From NCBI GenBank assembly GCA_951406725.2, contig OX597823.1, positions 30,814,001-30,878,000 of the forward strand: 64,000 nt of DNA, written 5' to 3'. The notes below the pieces were generated by a model. The model did not search any database. It saw only the letters and a list, made by a program, of their open reading frames with translations, and was not told where the DNA came from. This document shows, piece after piece, positions 38,858 to 52,600 of this stretch (positions are counted from its first letter, which is position 1; every line of letters begins with the position of its first letter). The stretch is from Octopus vulgaris. Taxonomy: Eukaryota. The translations under genes were made by a program, and so were the position numbers.

Positions 38858-39364
38858 CAGACAATAGTTAATGCTTCAGAGGACTACGATTAGAACGACA
38901 TATTGGATTACTACGCAAAACGAGGTTGAGCTAAGCACTCCAAATAATGTGCCGTAACCATTTACACTGTAGATGTCCCAGTTAAAGATAATAAATATAC
39001 GTTTCACAACCAGACTTTAAAATAAATTAGCAACACTTGACAGCAAAAGAACTGAAAAGAACGATTGTATTTAAAATACACGAAAGATTAATCAGTATGA
39101 AGACAAGCAATTAGAAAATTATTTTAAAAATTACCACTAATAGTCTACAAAATGGACTACAAGAATATGTAATAAAATGTAAAGAGAAACTAAGAAAAAT
39201 TGTTTCTAAATACGAAAAAATAAATGAATAGTTTTGTCAATAAGGAAGCCATTAAAAATTTAAACAAATGTTGGGGGAAACCAAACGATTATGAAAAGAA
39301 AAATAATCTATAGTAGAGCAAGAAGTAAGTACTTTAAAGTCAGGTACACATAACATTCGTTTCG

Positions 39365-39406
<42 letters not shown>

Positions 39407-39409
<3 letters not shown>

Positions 39410-39528
39410 ACGAAGAGCTCCGCTCGAAACGTTAAACCTTCCTTCTTTCCTTCTTTCCTGAGCGTCCAATAATACTATATTTGTTCCACGTCCTCGCGTT
39501 GTGTTTTTTTGTGTTTTCTTGTTTGGAT

Positions 39529-39532
<4 letters not shown>
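39407..39532 (+). mobile_element. Family-E cassette starting at the hammerhead core, in (TA)n
   Basis: (TA)n-TCCGACGAAGAGCTCCGCTCGAAACGTTAAACC...GTTTGGATTAAC-(TA)n. Confidence 0.78.
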
Positions 39533-39591
<59 letters not shown>

Positions 39592-39689
39592 GTATGTATG
39601 TGTGTATGTATGTATGTATGTATGTATGTATGTATGTATGTATATATTTATACATACAGATAGATAATAGATAGATAGATAGATTGATA

Positions 39690-39822
39690 TAAATCCGTTA
39701 AAGTATTACCAGACGCTCAGGGAAGGAAAGACAGATGGTTTAACGTTTCGAGTAGAGCTCTTCTTCAGAAATAGAGGCAAATCCAATAGAAAGGGAAGAT
39801 GGAGGAAGGAAGTCGCTAACGA
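39690..39822 (-). mobile_element. Family-E-like cassette with minimal hammerhead
   Basis: Minus strand ATTTCTGAAGAAGAGCTCTACTCGAAACGTTAAACC followed by CCCTGAGCGTC. Confidence 0.7.
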
Positions 39823-40900
39823 AGGAATGCAAAGGCTTATCGAAGCATATTTGGAATCCGAGGAAAGAAAATATAAATTACTGGAAAATAAACGAGTAAA
39901 TTATTCTGAAATATTTGCATTGTTGAAATATGCAACATAATTACGCCACAATTGTGCTTTGCTCACCTGAAAGAATTAAGATAATAACATATTGCAAAGA
40001 TCAGGTCAAATTAATTTTAAAATAGTTTCAATTGCAAGCTGGATAAATATCTGATGCTACAGCAACAGATGGCAGTAGAAGTACGTCCGTTTCCATAACA
40101 GCAAAAAGAAAACAGTTTAGATACAACAAGGAAATAGTAAAAAACATTAAATCATGAAAAAACAGAACATGACAAATTAAAAAATTCAGAAACGTCAGAC
40201 AGACTCTGTCTTCGCATAGAAAATAGATATATCCGTAAAATGAAGTTTAATGAAATCGGATATAACCATGGTATCGACCAATGGAGACAAAATAGCCAAC
40301 AAACTGACATATGGGAAAGAGAACACGATAATAATGACAAAGCACGAATAAATAAATGGAAGACAGACGACAATCAAGAGAAATCGGATGTGACACTGTA
40401 ATTGGTAGGTGACAAGATAACATAGAAATTAGTCAATGAAAAACATGAGAACACGACAAAAGTCACCACACACACACACACACACACACACACATTAAAT
40501 TAATATCTATAAACTAGCGAAAAGAAAACAACGGCGACAAACTGAAAAAAGGAATTCATTTCAACGTATATGAACCAATTTGATTTTTTAAAAAAATCTC
40601 TTCTAAAGATCGTAGTGACATGAAACTCGAACTACAAAAAAAAAAAAAAAAAAAAGAATTCGCTCTAACACACACATACACCCGCACGTACACACATATA
40701 TTAGAAATCAGCTGAGGATTCACCAAGTTGTTTCTGTGAACTTAGAACTGAGAACCAATCTATACTAAAATTTTACATGGAAAGCGACACTATGACGAAC
40801 CTGTCTCAAAACACAAAGCATTCAAATTAAAAACAAGAAAGAGAATGCGTCAGCTTACACAAAAGACACAAACAAATGCATAAACCTACGTAACTAGACA

Positions 40901-41082
40901 ATGTTATATTTCGGGACGGTCATTTTTCTCTTGCCAAATATACACACGCACTACATATTCGTTCTTTATTCGTTCATTCTTTTATTATTCATAAGAACAA
41001 TAATAAATTAGTGAAGAACGAAATTATAGTGCATGTGTTTATTTTGCAAGAAAACAAAACCGACCATCCCGAAATATAACAA
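40901..41082. mobile_element. Foldback MITE (about 180 bp)
   Basis: TGTTATATTTCGGGACGGTC...CTTGCCAAAT..ACAC.CGCACTA / TAGTGCATGTGT..ATTTTGCAAG...GACCATCCCGAAATATAACA. Confidence 0.8.
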
Positions 41083-41087
41083 TATGT

Positions 41088-41212
<125 letters not shown>

Positions 41213-41241
41213 CAGATAGAAAATATTCTAGTGGGGAAACA

Positions 41242-41520
41242 TGGATATAAATAGAGAAAGAAATAAGATGAAAAAAATAAGATTTGTTTTACAGAATTTA
41301 AGCGAATATTAGAGCCATGATAATAAATAAACCAAATAAGGTTTTGATCTTTCAGCATAATTGAAGTAAGGACCGGTTTCGCATTGCACATCAAACTGAG
41401 AGATGAAGTAAATAAATTTTGTACAAAATTGTATAATCTCTTTATTATCATGGCTCTAATATACTCTAAATCCCGTAAAACAAATCTGTTTTTCATCTTA
41501 TCTCTCTATCTCTTTATATA
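41242..41520. mobile_element. Foldback element in (TA)n with inverted arms of about 80 bp
   Basis: TAAGATGAAAA...AGATTTGTTTTAC...ATATTAGAGCCATGATAATAAA pairs with TTTATTATCATGGCTCTAATAT...GTAAAACAAATCT...TTTTCATCTTA. Confidence 0.8.
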
Positions 41521-42017
41521 TATATATACTTCAGGACTTTCCTCTTTATGTAGAACAAAAATATATTGTTTAAAATTTAATAAAAATAAGAAAAGTAACG
41601 AGAATGATCATGAATCGAGGTCTGAAACCGAATCGTTATAATAACCTGCCACAGTTTTACCGTTTAGTCTATGGAGTTCGCTATATCTTGATTAATTCGC
41701 CAAAATGTGGGCCAAAATTCATTCCTCAAATAGTTCTACGATGTTGATTTTACTTTTGTTCTTTAATTTATTTCTAGCCTCTTTTTTTTTTTTTTTTTAG
41801 TTAAGAAAGAACTTGCACCAGATACAGAGCAATACCTCTTAGATCTTAGATTTAGATCAAGAATGTCATACGAGTTCTGTGTAGTGTATTGATGTGTGTG
41901 TATATGCTTTTGTGCGTATGTATGTGTGTAGCTTATATTTGTGTATGCATATAAACGCATATATATTTATATATGTGTGTGTGTATTTCAGCGTGTGTGT
42001 GTGTATGTCTATATAAA

Positions 42018-42075
<58 letters not shown>

Positions 42076-42346
42076 CTAAATATAATTATATCATATGTAT
42101 ATATATATATATATGTGTATGTGTGTGTGTATGCATGTATTACGAATGTATATATATATACCTACATATACACATACATATATATATATATGCATACACA
42201 CATATATAATTAGATATATATTCGTATAATGTACATTTGGCAGTCTGTCTGTCAACATCTAATACTAATATATACATACATGTACACACATACATATATG
42301 TATATGCATGTGTGTGCATGTATTTATATGTATCTACCCACCTATA

Positions 42347-42424
<78 letters not shown>

Positions 42425-43203
42425 AGTAGATAGATAGATTGATATATATATGTATATATGTATATATGTATATATATTTATATATATATATATATATATA
42501 TATTTAAATCTATCGGTCTGTCTACGTATGTATGTATGTATGTATGTATGTATGTATGTATGTATGTATGTATGTATGTATGTATGTATGTATGTATATA
42601 TGTATGTACGTATGTATATGTGCATCCGTGTGTGTGTATACACACACATAAATATACACACAATCGTCTACACACCAATCATTATATAAACACACAGATT
42701 TGATGACAACTAACAAATTCTTTCATTTCGTATCTGGCTTCTCTAATACTCTTCTCAGCCGTTCCACCGTCTCCACTTGAACCCACACCCACTCACCTCC
42801 TCGTCGCCATTTAGGAAGTATTACACTGACCACCTTACCATCATCACCTTCAACCACCCCCGCCAACTCTACCACTACCTTCTATGTTATATCCACGTTC
42901 ATTTATATATTTACCATTTGGTTATATTTATTATTATTATTATTATTATTATTGTTGTTGTTGTTGTTGCTGCTGCTTGTCCTGCCTCATCTCTCTCACC
43001 TCCCTCGGCCCATTGCAATCCACTCCACTCCAACGAAGACCAAACACTTCTTCCTCTCTTTCAGCAAGTCCTTTACATTTATAACAGCGACCAAAACCTA
43101 ATTACATACACACGCATAAACACAATTACGGGCTTACATACTAAGTGCACAAACACAGACGAGCTTGTGAGAGCGGATATGTTTGTAAACACAACACACA
43201 CAC

Positions 43204-43255
<52 letters not shown>

Positions 43256-43362
43256 GTATATATGTATGTATATATGTATGTAGATATGTATTGTGCTTGT
43301 ATATGTGTGGCGGTTGTGTGGTTATAGAAACAGAAGAAATAGAATTCAAAATCCAAAGAGCT

Positions 43363-43394
<32 letters not shown>

Positions 43395-43503
43395 TGTATG
43401 TATGTATGTATGTATGTATGTATGTATGTATGTATGTATGTATGTATGCACATGCGTATGTGTGTGTATTTGTGTGTGCGTGTGTGCGCGTGTGTGCGCG
43501 TGT

Positions 43504-43625
<122 letters not shown>

Positions 43626-44436
43626 TGATAAGTTTCTTTATTAGCTACAGAGGACCGAACACAGAGGGGACAAAATATAATGTAACGTAGAGCTTTTCTT
43701 TTCGAAAATAGAAAAAAAGGAGAAAAATAAAATTCCGATCAAAAGGGAATAAAAAAGATAGATTGATAGGCTGGTGGTATGTATGTATGTATGTATGTAT
43801 GTATGTATGTATGTATGTATGTATGTATGTATGTATGTATGTATGTATGTGTGTATGTATGTGTATGTATGTATGTATGTATGTATGTATGTATGTAGGT
43901 AGGTAGGTAGGTAGGTAGGTAGAATGACAGATAGATGTAGGTGGATAGATATGCATAAAACACACACACATATACACACAAATATACGTTCGTACACATA
44001 CATTGCAGTAAGCTACAGGAATGACTGAAGAGCCTAAACTTTCGTGCGAAACCATTTGACAAACTTGTTTTACCCGTGGTGACACCTATTGAATCAGAAA
44101 TGCCTATCCACCACTGTCTTCTGGTCTCTAAGCAATATGTCTTTTCTTGAATGGTATGTCACTTTTAGAGATTCTTGTTTCTTGACATTATCTCCTTCTT
44201 TGCAATTGGTCACAATCGTCCCCCCTCCCGCACACACATTTACCAAATCTATTCACAAGGCTTTGGTTGCACCGAGGCTAATAGTAGAAGACAACTGGCT
44301 GAAGTGACGCGCGGTGAGACCGAACCCACGACGACATAGTTGTGAAGCAAGCTCCTTACTCGCACAACCAACTATATGCAAACACGAAGACATCACTTTA
44401 CGACACGTTATTCCTTCGAGTCGCACAGTGAACAAG

Positions 44437-45040
44437 ATATTCTTTTCTACTCTAGGCACAAGGCCCGAAATTTTTGGGCAAGTGGCCAGTCGATTGGATC
44501 AACCCCAGTACGCAACTGGTACTTAATTTATCAACCCCGAAAGGATGAAAGGCAAAATCAACCTCGGCGGAATTTGAACTCAGAACGTAATGACAGACGA
44601 AATACCTATTTCTTTACTACCCACAAGGGGCTAAACACAGAGAGGACAAACGGTTTATGTCGATTATATCGACCCCAGTGCGTAACAGGTACTTAATTTA
44701 TCGACCCGAAAGGATGAAAGGCAAAGTCGACCTCGGCGGAATTTGAACTCAGAACGGAACGGCAGACGAAATACGGCTACGCATTTCGCCCGGCGTGCTA
44801 ACGTTTCTTATTTCTTTAGTGCCCACAAGGAGCTAAACATAGAGGGGACAAACAAGGACAGACAAACGGATTAAGTCGATTACATCGACCCAGTGGGTAA
44901 CTAGTACTTAATTTATCGACCCCGAAAGGATGAAAGGCAAAGTCGACCTCGGCGGAATTTGAACTCAGAACGTAGCGGCAGACGAAGTACCGCAAGGCAT
45001 TTCGCCCGGCGTGCTTACGTTTCTGCCAGTTCGCCGCCTT
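44437..45040 (-). mobile_element. SINE family 1 trimer
   Basis: In the sense direction: full head, core, beta tail; partial head, core, beta tail; partial head, core, alpha tail. Junctions near 44807 and 44606. Confidence 0.92.
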
Positions 45041-46186
45041 CCAGCGAACAAGATATTGGATCACTTCAAACCTGTAATCAACGAATTTATTGTTCGCAAA
45101 AATGCGAATAAAAGTACTGGTGGTGATACAATCGAAAATATCACTCCCCAGAAAATGTGTGGCATTGTGGGGTAATGTTAGTAATTATTATTTATTTTTA
45201 CAAAGAAGGTCATTTTACAAAATAATAGATCATTAACAGTTTTATAAGATGTCATGTACAAAAGCTCCTAAGCTACAACTGTCAAAGAAGCCTGCTTCCT
45301 AAACAATCTAATGAGATCCGTTTTAGTTTCGGAGACTCCATAGTTTCACGGAGACTCCATAAAACTATATTTATTTTCTTAAATTTTTATTTTCAAGTGA
45401 TTGAGATCATATCTCTGTGTGTATGTATGTTTGTGTGTATGCATGTGCATGTGTGTATACACTCGCGTATATATATATATATATATATATATATACGATA
45501 CATACATATATATGCATATACATATATAAACACACACACATATACATATAAATATATCTATGTACGTATGTATGTATGTGTGTGTCTGTGCGCGCGTGTG
45601 TGTACGTGCTTACATTTGTGGTTATGTTTGTATGAATGCATGTATATGTATGCGAATATGTGCGTGCTTATATGTATATATATGTTACAGTTTGTAAACG
45701 AAAGAGGAACATAGTACTCAATACGTAGGATACAGTTTCCTCAGATATTTATTTAAACCGAAGATATGATCACTGCTCTCAATTCACGCTCTGAAATCTT
45801 TCAAAGGACTGAAAGATCGCTGAGCGGTAAAAACGAGCAGAGACCAAGACTTAAGTTTAAATAAATAACTATACATATATAAATAGATGTATGCATGTAC
45901 GTGTGTGTGTACGTATGTATGTACATGTATGTATGTATGTATGTATGTATGTATGTATGTATGTATGTATGTATGTATGTATGTATGTACATGTATATGT
46001 ATACATACATATACACATGTATATATATATATATACACAGACATTTACACATACGTATGGACATACATATATATGTATTTAAGTAAAGATATATATATAT
46101 ATATACAAGCATAAAAGAGTAAACAAAACTTTGTATGTCATTTAAGAAACAAAGTTCCCTTACAAAAGAAAACAGAAAAATCACTT

Positions 46187-46222
<36 letters not shown>

Positions 46223-46261
46223 TATACATACATACATATATACATACATGCATACATACAC

Positions 46262-46328
<67 letters not shown>

Positions 46329-46329
<1 letters not shown>

Positions 46330-46676
46330 TAAGTCGATTACATCGACCCCAGTGCGTAACTGGTACTTAATTTATCGAATCCAAAAAGATGAAAAGCAAA
46401 GTCTACCTGGGCGGAATTTGAACTCAGAACGTAACGGCAGACGAAATACCTATTGCTTTACTACCCACAAGGGGCTAAATATAGAGAGGACAAACAAGGA
46501 CAGACAAATGGATTAAGTCGATTATATCGACCCCAGTGCGTAACTGCTACATATTTAATCGAACCCGAAAGGATGAAAGGCAAAGTCGACCTCGGCGGAA
46601 TTTGAACTCAGAACGTGAAGACAGACGAAATACCGCCAGGCATTTCGCCCGCCGTGCAAACGTTTCTGCCAGCTCA
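46329..46676 (-). mobile_element. SINE family 1 dimer
   Basis: Two cores joined through a beta tail at GACGAAATACC|TATT (about 46450). Confidence 0.88.
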
Positions 46677-47054
46677 TCTATATCAATATATGAATAGTAG
46701 GAAATGGTTTGAAACGACATTCCTGTTTTAAATTCAGAACAGTTGTTTCCACGTATCGTCACACCCAGAGTACATTGGTGAGATGATACAATTAACATAT
46801 TGTGTAATCACCAACATCCATCAGAAATGTAAGATGTGTTTCTTCAGGTGTTTTTTTTTCAATAAATTTTATACAGATCCTACAGCCATTTCACGTTGTA
46901 TGAGAATGCATCCCCAAAGCAGTATGCATTTGCAGCGGACGAAACTAAAACCATAGACATAGTAAGAGAGAAAACCCTAAATATGAAAATACCCCTTGCC
47001 TTGTTACAACAAAGTACCATGGAACATATATATATACATATGCTTCTATTTTTT

Positions 47055-47410
47055 CTTTTACTCGTTTGTCATTTGACTGCGGCCATGTTGGAGCACCGCC
47101 CGCCGTTAGTCGAACAAATCGACCCAAGGACATATTCTTTGTAAGCCTAGTACTTGATCTATCCATCTCTTGTGCCGAACCATTAAGTTACGGGGACGAA
47201 AACACACCAACATCGGTTGTCAAGCGATGTTGGGGAGACAAACACAGAGACACAAATACATACATACATTTCAGTTTCCATCTGCCAAATCCACTCAAAA
47301 GGCTTTGGTCGAACGGGGCTATAGTAGAAGACACTTGTCCAAGGTGCCACACTGTGGAACTGAACCCGGAACCATGTTGTTGAGAACCCAGCTTCTAACC
47401 ACACAGGCAC
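47055..47410 (-). mobile_element. SINE family 2 copy
   Basis: Tail, second module, core and head all match the family. Confidence 0.85.
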
Positions 47411-47721
47411 TTCTGTATGTCTGTATGCAAATGGGCAAGGGGGTACTTTAGATGCTCTTCAAGCAAACAGCTGATAAGCACGGAAATGGTGAGTCTTCAT
47501 CACTTTATCCCATTATTATCTCCAAACACTTAATTTTATGCCTTAATCTACTTTGCTTTTTTCTTCCTTATAAATAAATCTTACAACGAAGATACGATTG
47601 CAATCTATGGCTGACTTGACAGCCTTTACATTTTGTATCTGTTTCTTTGTTTCTTTAGTTCGTATTTTGATGATACTTACATTTTGTCCCCACGAAACTG
47701 CTGGCCTTGTACCAACATTTG

Positions 47722-47753
<32 letters not shown>

Positions 47754-47754
47754 G

Positions 47755-47804
<50 letters not shown>

Positions 47805-47974
47805 GTCATCATCATCAACATCATCGTCATCATCATCAACATCGTCATCATTGTCGATGTTGTAGCAGCAGCAGCAGCAGCAGTAGTAGTAGACAGACAG
47901 ACAGACGAACGGACGGACGGACGGGCAGACAGACAGACAGGTGGACAGACACAGACAGACAGACAGATAGATAA

Positions 47975-48005
<31 letters not shown>

Positions 48006-48327
48006 GCTAGATAGATAGATAGATAGGCGTGTGAGCGCTTGCGTATTTTCGTGTTTGTCCCTCACCACCAATTACGATCGGTATTGGTTTGTTTATGTCC
48101 CCGTAACTAAGCTGCTCGGAAAATAGACTGATAGAAAAGGTACCAGTCTGAAAAAAAGTACTTAGTCCAGATCTTCTACTAAAAAAAACTCTAAGCCACT
48201 GCCCCAGTATGGCCACAATCCAATGATTAAAACAAGTAAAAGATAGCATATATACGTTTCTCTCTATTTCTTTCTCTCATATATAAGTGTGTGTGTGTGT
48301 GTATGTGTAAGTGTGCTCGCGTGCGTG

Positions 48328-48362
<35 letters not shown>

Positions 48363-48441
48363 TGTACAGGTAATTCCTAATGCACAACGTTGTCACTCGC
48401 AAATATCGTGCTAATGATTCCCGAGAATTTAGTCATTTAAC

Positions 48442-48802
48442 TGGAAGCACTCCGTCGGTTACGACGACGAGGGTTCCGGTTGATCCGAATCAACGGAACA
48501 GCCTGCTCGTGAAATTAACGTGAGCACTCCACAGACACGTGTACCCTTAACGTAGTTCTCGGGGATATTCAGCGTGACACAGAAAGTGACAAGGCCGGCC
48601 CTTTGAAATACAGGTACAACAGAAACAGGAAGTAAGAGTGAGAGAAAGTTGTGGTGAAAGAGTACAGTAGGGATCACCACCATCCCCTGCCGGAGACTCG
48701 TGGAGCTTTAGGTGTTTTCGCTCAATAAACACTCACAACGCCCGGTCTGGGAATCGAAACCGCGAGTCCGCTGCCCTAACCACTGGGCCATTGCGCCTCC
48801 AC
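48442..48802 (-). mobile_element. tRNA-derived SINE family 3 with 11-bp target-site duplication
   Basis: Minus-strand head GGAGGCGCAATGGCCCAGTGGTTAGGGCAGCGGACTCGCGGTTTCGATTCCC (A and B boxes). Flanked by AGTCATTTAAC at 48431-48441 and 48803-48813. Confidence 0.85.
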
Positions 48803-48957
48803 AGTCATTTAACACAAGGGTAGAGGTATCTGTGAAATGCCCACCAGCTTGCATGCTAATTTAGGAGCAGGTAACTCAGCTGGTTGAACATCATCATCGT
48901 TGAATGACAGAGATCCAAATACAAGTACGAAATATGTATTTACTGAATATATCTTTT

Positions 48958-49347
48958 ACGTTTTACTTGTTTCAGTTATTAAACTGCGGCCATGCTGAAG
49001 CATCACCTTCAAGAATTTTTAGCCAAATGAGTCGACCTCAGTACTTTTTAAACTCAGGTACTTATTCTATCGGTTTCTGTTGCCGAACCGCTAAGTTACG
49101 GGGAGTTGAAACACTAACACTGATTACCAAGCGGTGGTAAGGTAAAACACAGACACAAAGACACTACACATAGTTATACAAACATATAGACGACAGGCTT
49201 CTTTCAGTTTCTGTCTACGAAATCCACTAACAAGGCTTTGGTCTTCCCGAAGTTATAGTAGAAGACACTTGCCCAAGGTGTCACGCTGTGGGACTGAACC
49301 CAGAACTAGGTGATTGTGAAGCGATCTTCTTATCACACAGCCACGCC
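48958..49347 (-). mobile_element. SINE family 2 copy (diverged)
   Basis: All modules recognisable. Confidence 0.82.
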
Positions 49348-49404
49348 CGACCCTACACAGCCACACCTGCGCCTGATAATATATATATGTTTATATACTT
49401 GTAA

Positions 49405-49445
<41 letters not shown>

Positions 49446-49478
49446 AACAGACATACGCACACACATATATCGATAGAT

Positions 49479-49528
<50 letters not shown>

Positions 49529-49895
49529 GTATGTATGCTTAAGAAACGCTTATTTTGCATGTAGGAATGATTTATATCTTAAATCACTCGTGACACGCTG
49601 TTTTGGTATAATTTACCTCATCATAACCACCTCTTCCATTTCCCCCACGCCTCCTACACAAAGCAGAAACAAAAGCAATCTTGGTAGGTCTGTATAAAGT
49701 TTACTATTTTTCTGTTTTTTAAATAGATATGTTTATGTTTTCTGGTGTTGTTCCTAGCACGGATTTTATACTGTATCTAATTTTGACACGCAATTTTGAT
49801 ATTTACATTTCGTGTTTTTTCCCTGTTACTAGGTGGTACACTAATAAAACTGAAGTACTTCATCACAGCGGAAGATTTGTATAATGATAATAATA

Positions 49896-49950
<55 letters not shown>

Positions 49951-50379
49951 TAATAATAATAATAGTAATAATAATCTTCTCTTTATTGGCCACAAGGACC
50001 GAACACAAAACAAAAGGGATAATACAACACACGGACATTGTTGTAGTTGATAATATGATGAAGGGAACGAAGATCATAGATGTTGCCATACTTGGAGACG
50101 AATAAGTAGATAAGAAAGAGCTAGAAAAGTTTTAAGAAGTGCAAACCTCTAAAAGTTGAAATTGCAAGAATCTGAACATGCCTCAATCACCGGGCGTCAA
50201 CCACTGGATGACATTCGATTGTAAAATCCTACAAGATCTTATACTTAATATTCTCGGTGATTTACTCTGGTCTATGTTCGTATTATTATTATTATTATTC
50301 AGTAGTTATATTTTTATAGCGTGCTTTCACTTCACTACCGAGCGCAGCTCTGTGTGCCTTGGGTATGTGCTGTGATTTG

Positions 50380-50567
50380 TTGTGATGCTCTGATGGTTAT
50401 TGTATGGAAAGTGTTCTGCGTAGGATGTGTGCAGTGCCTAGTCGTGCAATTTTCTGTATGTTATATGTGTTTGTAAGTCCTGGTGTTTTTGTTATGTATT
50501 TGTCTGAATATTTTTTTTATCATACCTAATGTGCCTACTATGATAGGAATTATTTCTGTTTTTAGAT
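50380..50567 (-). mobile_element. REL-type non-LTR retrotransposon 3' fragment (second family)
   Basis: Minus strand ...IPIIVGTLGM...NIQKIARLGTAHILRRTLSIQ*, homologous to the C-terminus of the ORF ending at 52819. Confidence 0.7.
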
Positions 50568-50620
50568 TCGTGTTTTACTGTTTCAGTGTTTATATTATTG
50601 GGCATTGTTTATTATTATTA

Positions 50621-50663
<43 letters not shown>

Positions 50664-50815
50664 CATCATCATCTTCATCATCGTCATCATCATCGTCATC
50701 ATCATCATCATCATCATCATCATCGCCATCGTCATCGTCATCGTCATCATCATCACCATCGTCATCATCATCGTCATCGTCATCATCATCATCGTCATCA
50801 TCATCATCATCATCA

Positions 50816-51185
50816 TTACCTCTGCCTTAGAGAAGGCGGAGGTATTGTTTTCAGTAGTGTTTGTTTGTTTGTCTGTGGTCAAGATGACTCAAGAAACACT
50901 GGAAGGATTCGGATGAAACTTTCAGGGATGCTTGGCCTCGTGACTGGCACGAATTGATTAGATTTTGGGATCGATCCGGTACCAGACAAGGATTCTGGAT
51001 TATTTTTCCTGTTTTTTTTTTTTTTACTTAATTTTTGAGAGCCGTCGGGTTCATTTTTAGTATTCTCGGTTGCGAGAGCAGTCGAGTTTATTTCAGATAT
51101 TCTTATTTTAAGAATCATCTTCAACTAATCGTTGAAAGGACGTTGGTGTTGCCTTGGCGGAGGTTTGTGCTCTCTGAGTGCTCTT
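50816..51185 (+). mobile_element. Helentron-associated non-autonomous element (HINE/DINE-1-like)
   Basis: 5' TTACCTCTGCCTT-AGAG-AAGGCGGAGGTA hairpin, (GTTT)n tract, 3' subterminal repeat CCTTGGCGGAGGT, and terminal hairpin GCTCTCTGAGTGC. Confidence 0.7.
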
Positions 51186-51201
51186 ATCATTATTATTGTT
51201 A

Positions 51202-51340
<139 letters not shown>

Positions 51341-51344
51341 CATG

Positions 51345-51692
51345 AAGGTGTCCAGCTGGCAGAATTGTTAGGACGCTGGACGGAATGCTTAGCGGTATTT
51401 CGCCCGTCGCTACGTTCTGAGTTAGACTTTGCCTTTCATCCTTTCAGGGTCGATAAATTAAGTACCAGAAAATCCAGGTCTCGTGCCAACAGTAGAAAGG
51501 ATTATTATTATTATCATTTAAGGCGGTGAGCTGGCAGAATCGTTTGCACGCTGGGCAAAATTCTTAGCGGTATTTCTCCAGTCTTTACGTTCTGTGTTCA
51601 AATCCCGCCGAGGTCGACTTTGTCTTTTATCCTTTCGGGGGTCGATGAAATACGTACTAGTTATACACTGGAGTCAATGTAATTGACTTAGT
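51345..51692 (+). mobile_element. Two diverged SINE family 1 copies
   Basis: Heads at about 51345 and 51521, each with the core CTTTCATCCTTTC.GGGTCGAT. Confidence 0.78.
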
Positions 51693-51704
51693 TCTTTCTT
51701 AGGT

Positions 51705-52445
51705 GCCAAGAACCCTTCTAAGTATACTAGCTGTCCCTAATAACACTGCTTTCTGGAGCTGCACTAAACTGGGTTTTATGCCTATTTCCTCTATCCATTT
51801 GTTTAAATCTTAAGGACTGGTTCTTAATGCACCTATAACTGCTGGGATAACATTTCATCCGCACTTTCCATTGTCTCTGAAATTCGATTGCTAGGTCCTG
51901 GTACTTTGCTATTTTCTTTCTACCTCTCATATTGATTTTCTCATCATTTGGGACTGTAAAGTCAATTATCTGGCACTTTCCATTCTCTTTATCTACTACT
52001 ACTAAAGTATTGTTGTTGTTATTATAGATTACTGCTTTTTCTGGTAGATTCTGTGAGAGCGGACAGCAGCCTGCTGTCAGAAGTCTGACAGCGTCTCTCT
52101 TTCCGCACATTATAACCTTTGACACTTGGTTCTTAATTATTGTGAGAGACATTCAACATCCAAGTACCAATCTCAAAATCCTAGCTGTCCCCAATAGAGC
52201 AGTTTTGGGGACTTGTTCTGCTCTCATATCAATTCTGATTTCTCTGACATATTTCTCGAACTTGGTTGTTAGTGTTCTGAGTAGCCTCGTAACTACTGGA
52301 ATGACAGATTCTCTCCTCATAGTCAACACTCTTGCAATTTCGTCTTTTGGTAGTCTGTACTTTTCCATCTTTTCTACTTCTTTGTCACGTATGTGCACGT
52401 CCCCAGCTATTGCAATATCTGTAATCTTGGCTGCGACAATTATTG
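51705..52445 (-). mobile_element. Two decayed REL-endonuclease LINE 3' fragments
   Basis: LVVVDKENGKCQIIDFTVPNDEKINMRGRKKIAKYQDLAIE and ITDIAIAGDVHIRDKEVEKMEKY...IPVV...KTALLGTARILRLVL: REL domain C-termini, each adjoining (TAA)n. Confidence 0.78.
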
Positions 52446-52513
<68 letters not shown>

Positions 52514-52600
52514 GTTATTATTATCATTATTGTTGTTGTTGTTATTATTATTATTATCATTACCATTATTATTATCATTATATTATTATTATTATTATTA

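Noticed and set aside
48740-48802. Possible tRNA gene (also the heads of SINE families 1 and 2)
   Set aside because: A and B boxes are present but there is no complete cloverleaf, and the sequence continues into a SINE body with a target-site duplication.
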